From the NCBI GenBank assembly GCA_964459725.1, contig CAYWNT010000005.1, positions 27,657-91,656 on the forward strand: a stretch of 64,000 nucleotides of DNA. The letters are read 5' to 3'. Positions 18,947 through 28,120 of the stretch are shown in pieces; within the stretch, counting starts at the first letter, position 1, and every line of letters starts with the position of its first letter. The position numbers were made by a program, and so were the translations under genes. The notes under the pieces were generated by a model. The model was not told the origin of the DNA, made no database searches, and saw nothing but the letters and a program-made list of their open reading frames with translations. The stretch is from an uncultured Gammaproteobacteria bacterium. GTDB taxonomy: Bacteria; Patescibacteriota; Patescibacteriia; Patescibacteriales; UBA12075.

Positions 18947-21085
18947 TTAGCCAAAGACAATAATGAATTCGCTTCCCTCCTCGGGCAAACTCTCTACTGA
19001 AATTGTTGCTCCGTGCATTTCTGCTATTTTCTTACATATCGACAAACCAAGACCAGTTCCTTTCACGCCCACATCTCTTTTCTCCCTGAAGAATCTATTA
19101 AATAATTTTTTAAGATTTTTCTTGTCCACACCTATGCCATTATCTTTTATTTTTAGTGTTATCTTATTACCCTTCTTGGACAATTCTACATCAATTCGCT
19201 TATACTTCTTTTTGTCATCAGAATATTTTATGGCGTTAGTTAAAAAATTATTAATCATATCAGAGAGCTTCTCCTCTGAACCCAAAAGAAAAATATCTGA
19301 TTCTATACTTGATGAAATTTTCACTTTTTTCTCTAGAGCAATTCCTTTCACAAATTCGATTTCACTTTTTATCAATTTACTTAAATCGACTTCTTCCTTT
19401 TTTTCAATTTCTGAATTAGCTTCCAGTTGTGAAAAATTAAGCATATCGTATACAAATTTGGAAACCTTATCTACTGAACCTTCAAAGTTTTTATAACTTT
19501 CAGCATGAGCGCCGTTCTTTCTTTCTAGTAGCCCCAATTCAGCCTTCACCACAGTTAGGGGTGTAAGTAAATTATGCGAAATATCTAATATCATATTCTT
19601 TTGCGCTTCTTGCATTGATTTTATTTTTCTTGTTCTTTCTACTACTTTTGTTTCCAAATTCTTTGAATAATCCTTAATCTTTCCATAGAGCTCTGCCCTC
19701 TTTATAGCTACTGCCGATTGATTAGCAAAGGTCTCAACAAGTCTCACATCTTCATCTGTGAAAATATCTCCTGATTTTTTTTCTCCCAACAGAAGTGCAC
19801 CGATTGCCTTTTCCTTGGTAGCAATTGGAACAAAGAGTTCTATGTTATATTTTTTAGCTATCTCACCAATAGATTTACACGCTTCTTTATCTAGCCCGCC
19901 AACCTTTTTTCTCTGACTCTTTTGTTTGGTCAGCAAAAGGATTTCAGAACTCCTAATTGAAGACTTGAGTAAAAATATTTTTTTGTTGTCTAATGAAATA
20001 TCTGAAAATACTTCATCTCTTTTTCTAAAAAGCTTATTTTCATCATATACTAGATCTTGCTCAAATAAATGAACCACAATCTTCTCTGTTTTTAAAATTC
20101 TACTCAATTCATCCATGGCCTCACCAAGTAATTTCTCAAGGCCAAGATTGTTATTTAGTAATTCACTCAATCTCTGGACAGACTCTTTATAATCGTATTT
20201 GTCTTTAAAGAATATTTTATCAGTAACTTTTCTGAAAAATTTTTCAACTCCGGACAAACCAAACATTCCTATCAACAAAGTCAAACCAGCACTAATTAAA
20301 ATAGTGGTATTAGCTGTTCTTTGGAAGAAATAGCCAATTACGACTACTATCGCCAGATAAAACACGATTATCACACCTAAAAGAGCGGAGTATATAATAC
20401 CTTTTTGTATTATTGAGCGAATATCAAATAAATGATACCGGATAATGGCATAACTAGTAAAACCGATTAAAAATATGAATGAAAAATTTACAAGCCTAAA
20501 TACCTCAACCGATGTTTTTTCTTGAAAAAATAAATTTATTGTTGTCACCAACACCGAAGTGAGTAAAAAGCCGGTTAGAGTGTAGAGAGCCTGAATTTTT
20601 TTCACCCCTTTAAAACGTCTATATTTGAAATAAATAATTATTGAACCCCCAATAAATGTGAAAAGGATAAAAATTGCATACAAAGGAAAAAGTAGGCCAA
20701 ATTTAAATTTTATTACTGCTTCTTGGGCATTAATACCGTAAATAATCAAATCGAGAAATATAGAGACTATTAAAAACGTTATAAAGCCAACAAATAAATG
20801 ATTTTTAAATTTTGATAATTTTTTATTTTCCAAAAAACTATAACAAAACAAAAACCAAAAAAAACCCCATATAGGGGCAATTAAAAAATCAATATACAAA
20901 AAGAATATTCTAAAATTCTCTCTAAAAGGCTCATTTTCTAAAAAATTAGCCGCTAGCCAAATCACAAGCCAAAAAATCAATCCTAAGAATAATTTATTAT
21001 CTCTTCCATTTGGATTTTTACGATATATCAAAACACCTAAATAAAAGGTGCAAATAATAATGGCGACGAAAACAAAATAAAACAT
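18947..21085 (-). CDS. Multi-TM sensor histidine kinase with GAF-like middle domain
   Basis: About 7 N-terminal TM helices; H-box ISHNLLTPL; NAIKYSDD, DNGIGV, GTGLGLSICK. Confidence 0.85.
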   Translation of the reverse strand: MFYFVFVAIIICTFYLGVLIYRKNPNGRDNKLFLGLIFWLVIWLAANFLENEPFRENFRIFFLYIDFLIAPIWGFFWFLFCYSFLENKKLSKFKNHLFVGFITFLIVSIFLDLIIYGINAQEAVIKFKFGLLFPLYAIFILFTFIGGSIIIYFKYRRFKGVKKIQALYTLTGFLLTSVLVTTINLFFQEKTSVEVFRLVNFSFIFLIGFTSYAIIRYHLFDIRSIIQKGIIYSALLGVIIVFYLAIVVVIGYFFQRTANTTILISAGLTLLIGMFGLSGVEKFFRKVTDKIFFKDKYDYKESVQRLSELLNNNLGLEKLLGEAMDELSRILKTEKIVVHLFEQDLVYDENKLFRKRDEVFSDISLDNKKIFLLKSSIRSSEILLLTKQKSQRKKVGGLDKEACKSIGEIAKKYNIELFVPIATKEKAIGALLLGEKKSGDIFTDEDVRLVETFANQSAVAIKRAELYGKIKDYSKNLETKVVERTRKIKSMQEAQKNMILDISHNLLTPLTVVKAELGLLERKNGAHAESYKNFEGSVDKVSKFVYDMLNFSQLEANSEIEKKEEVDLSKLIKSEIEFVKGIALEKKVKISSSIESDIFLLGSEEKLSDMINNFLTNAIKYSDDKKKYKRIDVELSKKGNKITLKIKDNGIGVDKKNLKKLFNRFFREKRDVGVKGTGLGLSICKKIAEMHGATISVESLPEEGSEFIIVFG

Positions 21086-21150
21086 ATAAATTTAAATAGG
21101 AGAACAGACTTATATCCATTCTCCTATTATACCAAAAACACACAAATAAA

Positions 21151-21756
21151 TTAAGCTACTTCCAGGATTAAACCCCAGCCACGACTATCCGCGTCTTCAG
21201 GGAAATAACCCTCTTTTGCTCCCAAGGCCCTAAATCCTTGCTGTAAGAAAAATTTTACAGTAGGATCCTTAGGCGCAAAGGTCATTACCTGATCCTGACT
21301 TAGATCTATGCTATCGTCTGGAAAATGCCTATGGAGTGTAGGAATACGTGCTCCCATCAAACCTCTGTACATCTGCTTTCCTTTTGCTTTTTCTGTGGCA
21401 AGCTTTAGAAGCTCTGCAGCGACACCTGGTTCATTTTGAACAGTTGTCAGATCAACTCCGTATAAAACATCTCCCTCGTCATTATGATTGGATATATAAC
21501 CGTCAGCTGTAACCTCTGCCCATGTTGGATATTGGTCATCAGCATGATTCCAGTCAACTATATGAGTAACCACAACCCCAATTATTTTTCCATCCTTCTC
21601 TGCTACCCATATCCCCTTCGAAAAAGTTCCAATTCTAGAAAGCCATTTTTCACCTACTGCAGCCATCTCCTCTCCCCAAACATCCATTTCCAACTCAGTA
21701 ATGCCCTGCACATCGCCTAATGTTGCATTCCTGTAGGTTACAGTCTCGTTCATCAT
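21151..21756 (-). CDS. GNAT-family N-acetyltransferase-like protein
   Basis: Start at SD-preceded MMNETV (GGAGGAG upstream); GVDLTTVQNEPGVAAELLKLA resembles GNAT motif A; visibly G+C-richer than neighbours. Confidence 0.6.
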   Translation of the reverse strand: MMNETVTYRNATLGDVQGITELEMDVWGEEMAAVGEKWLSRIGTFSKGIWVAEKDGKIIGVVVTHIVDWNHADDQYPTWAEVTADGYISNHNDEGDVLYGVDLTTVQNEPGVAAELLKLATEKAKGKQMYRGLMGARIPTLHRHFPDDSIDLSQDQVMTFAPKDPTVKFFLQQGFRALGAKEGYFPEDADSRGWGLILEVA

Positions 21757-21776
21757 ACTTCTCCTCCTGATCGTTA

Positions 21777-22862
21777 TTAATTTGCCCGACATGGGCATGA
21801 CGGCAGATTGTTTAGCACTTTTGTATTATGTGTTTTTCTAAGATCATCAAGAACCATCATCACCTGATTCGTACATTTATCACAATTCGTAGGAATTGCG
21901 ATTGGCTTTGGCCAGTCTGAAAACTCACCTAAATACCAGTTTGAGGAAAACGCATCAATCCCCAAAATAACTTCCACAATGCACCATAAATCAAGTGATT
22001 CGAAACGTCCCTCCATATAAAGCTCGGCCCACGGGGTGTCAACCTGAGAACAATATGTTTCAAAGCTAACAATGTCCGAGCCTTTCCCTAAGGCAAACTT
22101 GGCACTTTCTACAGGCTCATCAATTATTTGTTTTTTACTAAGATCTGGAACACCTATCAATATATACGTATTGACGATGAATCCATGTTTCTTGGCTATT
22201 TTTACTGATTCAGAATATTGCTCGTTTGAAAAACCTTTTTTTATCAATACATTTCTAGTGATAAGATTTGATGATTCAAGACCAATGCTTATTTCAATTT
22301 TCTTGTCTCCGACAATTCTCTTAAACTTCTCTAGTTCGGCCTCATACTTAATTATGTATTCCGGCCTTGATTCGATAATTAATCTCTGACAATCAATTTT
22401 TTTAGCAAAGAAAAAAATAATTTCATTTTGCGCCTCAGCTGATAGTTCCTCCTTGTTTAAAAAACTACCAGCCATAAATATGGTCAAGGTATCAATTTTT
22501 GTCTTTCCAGAATCGATTAGCTGCTCTAAATAAATAAGAAAAATTTTTGTTAAAACGGTTATAGCTTTTGGGTGCAAATGGCGAAATTTGTATTTTTCAA
22601 TTTCTTTACAAAATCCACACATTGAGCAACCTCCATTATTAAAATAATGTGCGCAACCATAGCTGGGGATAACTAAAATTCCTTTATTAATAACTTGTTT
22701 TTTATAAACATCGTAATCCTTTCTTGATTCAAATACACCGTCACCAAATAATTTAATTACTAGAACGGCAAATTTATGGGATAAAAATTTACTGGGAATA
22801 AATAAAACAAAATTTATTAAAGCAGCGAAAATTAACGACAAATAAAAGACAATAACTTTCAT
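21777..22862 (-). CDS. Radical-SAM-like protein (non-canonical Cys cluster) with N-terminal TM helix
   Basis: SYGCAHYFNNGGCSMCGF resembles the C-x(n)-GGC-x2-C cluster I associate with the TIGR01210/RaSEA-type radical SAM family (recollection); TIM-barrel-like middle; C-terminal CDKC..CPC. Confidence 0.5.
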   Translation of the reverse strand: MKVIVFYLSLIFAALINFVLFIPSKFLSHKFAVLVIKLFGDGVFESRKDYDVYKKQVINKGILVIPSYGCAHYFNNGGCSMCGFCKEIEKYKFRHLHPKAITVLTKIFLIYLEQLIDSGKTKIDTLTIFMAGSFLNKEELSAEAQNEIIFFFAKKIDCQRLIIESRPEYIIKYEAELEKFKRIVGDKKIEISIGLESSNLITRNVLIKKGFSNEQYSESVKIAKKHGFIVNTYILIGVPDLSKKQIIDEPVESAKFALGKGSDIVSFETYCSQVDTPWAELYMEGRFESLDLWCIVEVILGIDAFSSNWYLGEFSDWPKPIAIPTNCDKCTNQVMMVLDDLRKTHNTKVLNNLPSCPCRAN

Positions 22863-23078
22863 GCACTTCTCCTTGTATGAGTTGAAAGTAGTTTAATCTA
22901 GATTTTTAAAGATCATTTTGTGTGTAATTTTTGTTTTAATTTTTTTGGGATAAAAATTAAATCTTTTTATATAATTAATAAAAAAATACCTCTCTATTAA
23001 TTATATAAAAATACTTATGAAGAAAATTTAAAATAAAAATAAAATAATTTAAATATGTTTTTTTTAAAAAATGAAAAA

Positions 23079-23098
23079 AATCGTCGTTAAAGACGATT
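23079..23098 (-). terminator. Terminator downstream of OmpR-type regulator
   Basis: AATCGTC-GTTAAA-GACGATT flanked by A- and T-tracts. Confidence 0.6.
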
Positions 23099-23136
23099 TT
23101 AGAATTTTTATTCTTTTTTGGGGATGTTAAACATAC

Positions 23137-23802
23137 TCAGCCGACTCTGTATCCTCTACCAGGTACAGTGCAAATTATTTTATCTTTACCCTTTTCATCA
23201 ATCTTCTTTCGAAGATTCAGTATATGAGATTCAATAGTATTAGAAAAAGGATCAGCGTTCATATCCCAAACATGCTCCATCATCATGCTTCTGGTCACTA
23301 CCACTCCCTTATTCTTCATTAAATAGCTCAAAAGCATAAATTCCTTTCTGGCCAAATAGATATCCTTGTCTCCGCGCTTAACTATGTGATTCTTCACATC
23401 CAACTCCAGGTCGCCGACTTTCATAATCTCGCTTTCCAACTCTTTTGGACGACGAAGCAAAGCCCTGACTCTGGCTATTAGTTCATCAAAAGAGAAAGGC
23501 TTGGTAATGTAATCATCTACTCCGGCATTCAACAAGTTAGTTTTGGTTGTGACCTCAGACTTGATAGAAAGCATTATGATCGGTACGGATTTATTATTTC
23601 CTCTTATTTCCTTACAAACTTCCAATCCATTCTTCTTGGGCATTATGTTATCCAGGATTATCAAATCATAATCATTCTGTAAGGCCAGAGCTATTCCCTC
23701 TTCGCCATTCTCTGCCTCATCAACAGCAAAACACTCTCCCTCCAAACCTCTCCTTAATAAATCTCTTATTTCTTTTTCGTCTTCTATTATTAAAATTTTC
23801 AT
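23137..23802 (-). CDS. OmpR/PhoB-family response regulator
   Basis: Receiver (MKILIIEDE..ILDNIMPKKNG) plus winged-helix C-terminus (..TVPGRGYRV). Confidence 0.9.
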   Translation of the reverse strand: MKILIIEDEKEIRDLLRRGLEGECFAVDEAENGEEGIALALQNDYDLIILDNIMPKKNGLEVCKEIRGNNKSVPIIMLSIKSEVTTKTNLLNAGVDDYITKPFSFDELIARVRALLRRPKELESEIMKVGDLELDVKNHIVKRGDKDIYLARKEFMLLSYLMKNKGVVVTRSMMMEHVWDMNADPFSNTIESHILNLRKKIDEKGKDKIICTVPGRGYRVG

Positions 23803-24016
23803 AAAAATTTATTAGCAAATATATATATTTATTTTACAAAATATTTTAAAAATATGCAACAATTTAGTTCATTTTATCTTTATCAAAAATTTAACTTTTC
23901 TTCATCTACTTTATGCTAAGAAATAACTATGATCATTGACAATTTTATAAAATATATTGGTTTTATTTTCCCTTCATTTTCAACAAGAATATGGACCACA
24001 AAAAAGGAGATACGCT

Positions 24017-25711
24017 ATGGAAACAACAAGAAAAAAAGATGTTTTCAGTAGAATCGCAAAAATGTCGTATTCTATACCAGCACTCCCGAAAATAGTATAC
24101 AAAATAATCGAATTTGAAAAAAGTGAAACATTATCCATACAAAATATTGCGGAAATTATTAACGGGTCTTCCGGAATAGCTGCCAATGTTTTGAAGACGG
24201 CAAATTCCAGTTTTTTTGGCTCAGGAACAAAGATAACCACCATTCGAGATGCCATTGTTAGAATCGGACTAAATATAACAAAAAACATTGCACTAAGCGT
24301 ATCCATCTTGAATCTCGTTGGCAATAAATCTGGGCTTGAAAAAAAAATTTGGGAAAGTATATTCATCACCGCAATATGCTCGAAAATAATTACCGAGCAT
24401 ATTGACGAAAGTCGAAGCGAAGAGCTCTTCACCGCTGGATTGATTTCAAACATCGGCATATTGATCTTTGTCCGACTCTACGGAGATGAATATCTAGAAA
24501 TACTTAGAAAAAAATTTAATGAAGGAATATGTCTTTCCGAGGCAGAGAAATCTACTTTTGGGGTCGATCATGCCGAACTTGGAGGATTAATTCTAGACGT
24601 TTGGAAATTCCCAGAGTCAGTTGTAAGAATCGCAGAAAACCACCATAAAAAATTATCTCAAGAAAAAGATAATTTAGAAGATGGAGCTATAGTTCAAATT
24701 TCTGAAGATGTAAGCGACCTTTTAGTCAGAGGGAGTGCCGACTCCTATCTTAAGGTTATGACAATGCTCTCAAATAATTTCGGCTTCAACACCGAACAAA
24801 GTGAAAAAATCATAGAAAGGGTAAAATATGAAACAATCCATACGGCAAAAGCACTTGGTATGAAAAATCCACTAACCGTATCATTGGAGCAGATACGCTA
24901 TAGCGCCATTGATCTTTTACTCAAGAGAAGTAATAAAAATGAAATCATGCTAAATAGTTTAAAAAATCAAGCGTCTATGCCTCATTGTGATCAAAAATTA
25001 CTCAGCCTGGGTATGCTCGCAAAAGGGCTTTCGCATGATTTTAACAATTTAGTTACTGTTATTCATGGTGGTGCTGAAATGTTAAAAGAAGATTTTTTTA
25101 GTGACTGTGATAATGAAATTCTAAACAGCATTATCCGTTCTGCAAATGAATCCAAAAATCTTTTAGGACAAATTAAAGTCTTCACAAAGCAATGCCCTGT
25201 TGAAGACAGAGCTATTAATCTCTACCAAGTAATTTCAGAAACTTTAGACATAATCAAAATAACTTTTCCAAAAACTACAAAAATCAAAACTGATATTGAC
25301 GAGAATGACTGCATTGTCTATGCTAATGAATCTTTCCTGCATAGAGTGGTCATGAATCTTCTGATTAATGCCGCTGAGGCTATCGGGATTAAATCAAAAG
25401 CACTTATTGAGATAAAGCTCAAAAAAGTAAGCGTGGACAAAAATATCATAATGCACAATGGTGAAGCAAGGGAAGGAGAATATGCAAAAATAACCGTTAG
25501 CGACAATGGCTGCGGAATGAGCGAAGGAACAAAAAGGAAAATCTTCAATCCTTGTTTTTCAACAAAAAATAAAGAAAACAATCAAGGAATAGGACTCTCT
25601 AGTGTTCGAGAAATAATAAGAAACTACGAAGGGTTCATTATTGTAAACAGCGAGGAAGGCTTGGGCACTGCAATTGATGTGTTCCTGCCAATCCACAGAG
25701 AAAAACCATAA
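24017..25711 (+). CDS. HDOD-domain histidine kinase
   Basis: Start at METTRKK with AAGGAG SD; HDOD (PALPKIVYKII...IRDAIVRIGLN), H-box LSHDFNNL, HATPase NLLINAAEAI..DNGCGM..GIGLS. Confidence 0.8.
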   Translation: METTRKKDVFSRIAKMSYSIPALPKIVYKIIEFEKSETLSIQNIAEIINGSSGIAANVLKTANSSFFGSGTKITTIRDAIVRIGLNITKNIALSVSILNLVGNKSGLEKKIWESIFITAICSKIITEHIDESRSEELFTAGLISNIGILIFVRLYGDEYLEILRKKFNEGICLSEAEKSTFGVDHAELGGLILDVWKFPESVVRIAENHHKKLSQEKDNLEDGAIVQISEDVSDLLVRGSADSYLKVMTMLSNNFGFNTEQSEKIIERVKYETIHTAKALGMKNPLTVSLEQIRYSAIDLLLKRSNKNEIMLNSLKNQASMPHCDQKLLSLGMLAKGLSHDFNNLVTVIHGGAEMLKEDFFSDCDNEILNSIIRSANESKNLLGQIKVFTKQCPVEDRAINLYQVISETLDIIKITFPKTTKIKTDIDENDCIVYANESFLHRVVMNLLINAAEAIGIKSKALIEIKLKKVSVDKNIIMHNGEAREGEYAKITVSDNGCGMSEGTKRKIFNPCFSTKNKENNQGIGLSSVREIIRNYEGFIIVNSEEGLGTAIDVFLPIHREKP

Positions 25712-25720
25712 AACAATCAA

Positions 25721-25750
25721 AAGGCTGGTGATAATCATCAGCCTTTTAAA
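25721..25750 (+). terminator. Rho-independent terminator
   Basis: AAGGCTGGTGAT-AAT-CATCAGCCTT then TTT. Confidence 0.65.
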
Positions 25751-25839
25751 ATTCTAAAAACGCCTATACCTTGACATATATTATATTTTTGTCTAAAATT
25801 ACAAAAAATATAATTTCTGTTTTCACGGGAGGCAAAAAA

Positions 25840-26247
25840 ATGGAAACAAAAATAACATATTTAAGTCCTGTTAATTATGATACGTGCCGTGATGGACAGC
25901 AAACTTTTGTTAGATCGATGCAAATTGGCCTTATTATCAAAAATGTAGAAGTATATTATCCATTAATTATAATCGATATTGTTAAAAACAAAATTGAAAT
26001 ATCGTGCGCAAGAGGCTTCATAGGAAACGATCATATATTTTTTGAAGAAGAGATTCCAGTAGACATTTCACAAAAGGCCTTTCGGTGGGCCGAAAAAAAC
26101 AAGCAAGAAATTGAAAGGCTAGGAGAGAAAAATATCCACGCCAAGGCTGTAGAATTTTTGAGAATAATAAACTGGGGCTACTTTGCGGAGATAATTAAGG
26201 AAAAATACTCATACGATTTACTGCTAGATATGCAACCCGTACCTTAA
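25840..26247 (+). CDS. Hypothetical protein
   Basis: GGGAGG SD before METKITYLSP; 135 aa; no family recognised. Confidence 0.5.
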   Translation: METKITYLSPVNYDTCRDGQQTFVRSMQIGLIIKNVEVYYPLIIIDIVKNKIEISCARGFIGNDHIFFEEEIPVDISQKAFRWAEKNKQEIERLGEKNIHAKAVEFLRIINWGYFAEIIKEKYSYDLLLDMQPVP

Positions 26248-26256
26248 AGGATAGTA

Positions 26257-26424
26257 GTGGTGACAGAAAAAAATAAAGCGAAAAATAAAAAACAAGCTGC
26301 CATAGAAACATGCTGCGAGAAAAATTCTGTATATTTTCCCGATAAATCACGACACGTAAAAATGCGATGTCAGATATGCGGAAGAATAAAAACAAGCATC
26401 TCAAAAGAGGAGACAAAAAAATAA
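26257..26424 (+). CDS. Small Cys-containing hypothetical protein (55 aa, GTG start)
   Basis: VVTEKNKAKNKKQAAIETCCEKNSVYFPDKSRHVKMRCQICGRIKTSISKEETKK; CC..CxxC; immediately followed by a strong terminator. Confidence 0.35.
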   Translation: MVTEKNKAKNKKQAAIETCCEKNSVYFPDKSRHVKMRCQICGRIKTSISKEETKK

Positions 26425-26458
26425 AAGCGGTTCGAAAACTCGACACCGCTTTTTTTAT
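26425..26458 (+). terminator. Rho-independent terminator
   Basis: AAGCGGTTCGA-AAAC-TCGACACCGCTT then TTTTTT. Confidence 0.7.
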
Positions 26459-26470
26459 TTTTAGCTAATT

Positions 26471-26683
26471 TCAAAACCCCATTCTTTTCATGCCTCTAAA
26501 AAAACTTTTTACGTCTCTCGTGTTCCACGCCATAAAACCACCTTGGCGTTTCCAGATTATACAAGCGATAATAACTGACAGCCACATTATCGGGCTAAAT
26601 GGAAACAGGCAAATTGCTAAAACTGAAAAACCTAAAAAAAACAAATCACATATCATAGCCATAACCTGAATAAAGTAAATCAT
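26471..26683 (-). CDS. Small membrane protein (hypothetical)
   Basis: 70 aa, two hydrophobic segments, basic C-terminus. Confidence 0.4.
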   Translation of the reverse strand: MIYFIQVMAMICDLFFLGFSVLAICLFPFSPIMWLSVIIACIIWKRQGGFMAWNTRDVKSFFRGMKRMGF

Positions 26684-26868
26684 GACACTCCTCCCGGATA
26701 TAAAAATGTCTTAAAAATTACACTACAAAGAACAAAAATCCTGAAATATTTCTCCAGGTTGTTTTTCTAGATTACATTGTTTTTAGCCGAAAGTCAATCT
26801 TGGGAAAATATTTAAATAATGGTTTTTCGCTATAATTTTTAGCAAAATTCAAAATATTAACTTTTTAC

Positions 26869-26897
26869 TTGATTTTTATGTATTTTTTTGCTATATT
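26869..26897 (+). promoter_or_regulatory. Sigma70-type promoter of the micro-ORF unit
   Basis: TTGATT (26869-74) - 17 nt - TATATT (26892-97); near-identical in layout to promoter at 29570. Confidence 0.5.
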
Positions 26898-26941
26898 AAA
26901 ATTAACTTAAAGGGATTTAAAATTTAAACCTGGAGAAAGTC

Positions 26942-27157
26942 ATGGACAAATGCGCATTGCCTACTGAAAAAGGAAGTAGCATTTAAGGAGATTCCAATGG
27001 AAAAAGGAGCGAGTCCCATTCAACACATTACAGACGAAGAGAAAGGTGACTAACATGAAAACCAGGCTGGAGTTGCAAGACGACTAAACACCAGGAGGCT
27101 ATCATGCACGAAAAAGAGAACACAATGCTCTTTGATTGGCCCATTTGTGAAGGATGA
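26942..27157 (+). other. Four tandem SD-led micro-ORFs (14, 18, 10, 17 aa) or a structured leader/ncRNA
   Basis: ORF1 26942-26986 MDKCALPTEKGSSI (GGAGAAAGTC-ATG); ORF2 26997-27053 MEKGASPIQHITDEEKGD (TAAGGAG); ORF3 27055-27087 MKTRLELQDD (1 nt after ORF2 stop); ORF4 27104-27157 MHEKENTMLFDWPICEG (AGGAGG). Confidence 0.45.
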
Positions 27158-27205
27158 CTAGAGTGCGAACCCTAAAGATAAACAATTTTCTCCCCACCCC
27201 AAAAT

Positions 27206-27250
27206 CCTGTTTTCTGAAAAAAATCAGAAAGCAGGGTTTTTTCTTTTTTT
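27206..27250 (+). terminator. Rho-independent terminator closing the micro-ORF unit, 110 nt before pyrH
   Basis: CCTGTTTTCTGA-AAAAAA-TCAGAAAGCAGG then GTTTTTTCTTTTTTT. Confidence 0.75.
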
Positions 27251-27361
27251 CGGAAATATAAAAAGTCAAAAAAAACAACAAACACTTTTATAATACCCCA
27301 CTCCCTGCTATAATATTATAAGAAAAACAAAATTTAATTATTAATTTTAAAAAAATAATAA

Positions 27362-28048
27362 ATGCCAAAAAAAATATTCATCATCTCTCTGGGAGGATCA
27401 CTGATCGCTACTGATGAGGGAATTAATCATTCTTATTTGAAAAAATTTCGAGAGTTAATCCTAAAGCAGATAAAGAAAGGTCATAAATTCTTCCTGATCG
27501 CCGGAGGTGGAGTTACAGCTAGGAGCTACATCCGAGCAGCTGATAAAATTACAAAGGTGACAGATGATGATCGTGACTGGCTTGGTATTCACTCTACTCG
27601 CTTGAACGCCCACCTGGTCAGAACTATTTTTAAAAAAGAAGCGCATAGACAAATTGTTAAAAATCCGACTTTTCACATGCACACTAACAAAAAAATTATC
27701 GTCAGCGGAGGCTGGAAACCGGGCTGGTCAACTGACTATGTAGCCACTATGATTGCTCAGGAATATGAAATACCAACCGTAATTAATCTCTCCAATATCG
27801 ACTACGCCTACGACAAAGATCCTCGTAAACATAAAAATGCGAAAAAAATGATAGATATAACTTGGAAAGACTTCAGAAAAATCGTTGGCGACAAGTGGTC
27901 ACCGGGCCAGAGCGCTCCATTCGACCCGATTGCTTCCAGAAAGGGAGACCAACTCGGACTAAAAGTTATCATCGCTAATGGGACTAAGCTGAAAAATTTG
28001 GAAAAAATATTTAACGATGAGAAATATAACGGCACAACCATAAACTAA
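27362..28048 (+). CDS. pyrH: UMP kinase, archaeal-type (amino acid kinase family)
   Basis: 228 aa; IISLGGS.., AGGGVTAR, SGGWKPGWSTD, C-terminal ..NGTTIN parallels archaeal PyrH as I recall it (..GTTIEP). Confidence 0.72.
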   Translation: MPKKIFIISLGGSLIATDEGINHSYLKKFRELILKQIKKGHKFFLIAGGGVTARSYIRAADKITKVTDDDRDWLGIHSTRLNAHLVRTIFKKEAHRQIVKNPTFHMHTNKKIIVSGGWKPGWSTDYVATMIAQEYEIPTVINLSNIDYAYDKDPRKHKNAKKMIDITWKDFRKIVGDKWSPGQSAPFDPIASRKGDQLGLKVIIANGTKLKNLEKIFNDEKYNGTTIN

Positions 28049-28120
28049 AAGTAAAATCACATCAAATAAAAAAACGTAGAGAAAATGAACTATTTTTGTT
28101 CATTTTCTCTACGTTTAAGC

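Noticed and set aside
26195-26446. 83-aa minus-strand ORF (MSSFRTAFIFLSPLL...)
   Set aside because: It is antisense to the plus-strand gene end, the 55-aa plus-strand ORF and its terminator. The composition is F/L/S-rich and there is no SD.
26925-27205. RNase P RNA: GGAGAAAGTC resembles the CR-I GAGGAAAGUCC motif, ACAGACGAAGAGAAAGG and CTAGAGTG...AACAATTTTCTCC loosely recall other conserved regions
   Set aside because: I could not build the P4 pairing (no complement to AAGUCAUGG near the 3' end). The length is short, the upstream P1-P3 region is pure AT-rich promoter DNA, and the four SD-ATG pairs explain the purine-rich motifs better. An Infernal scan would settle it.
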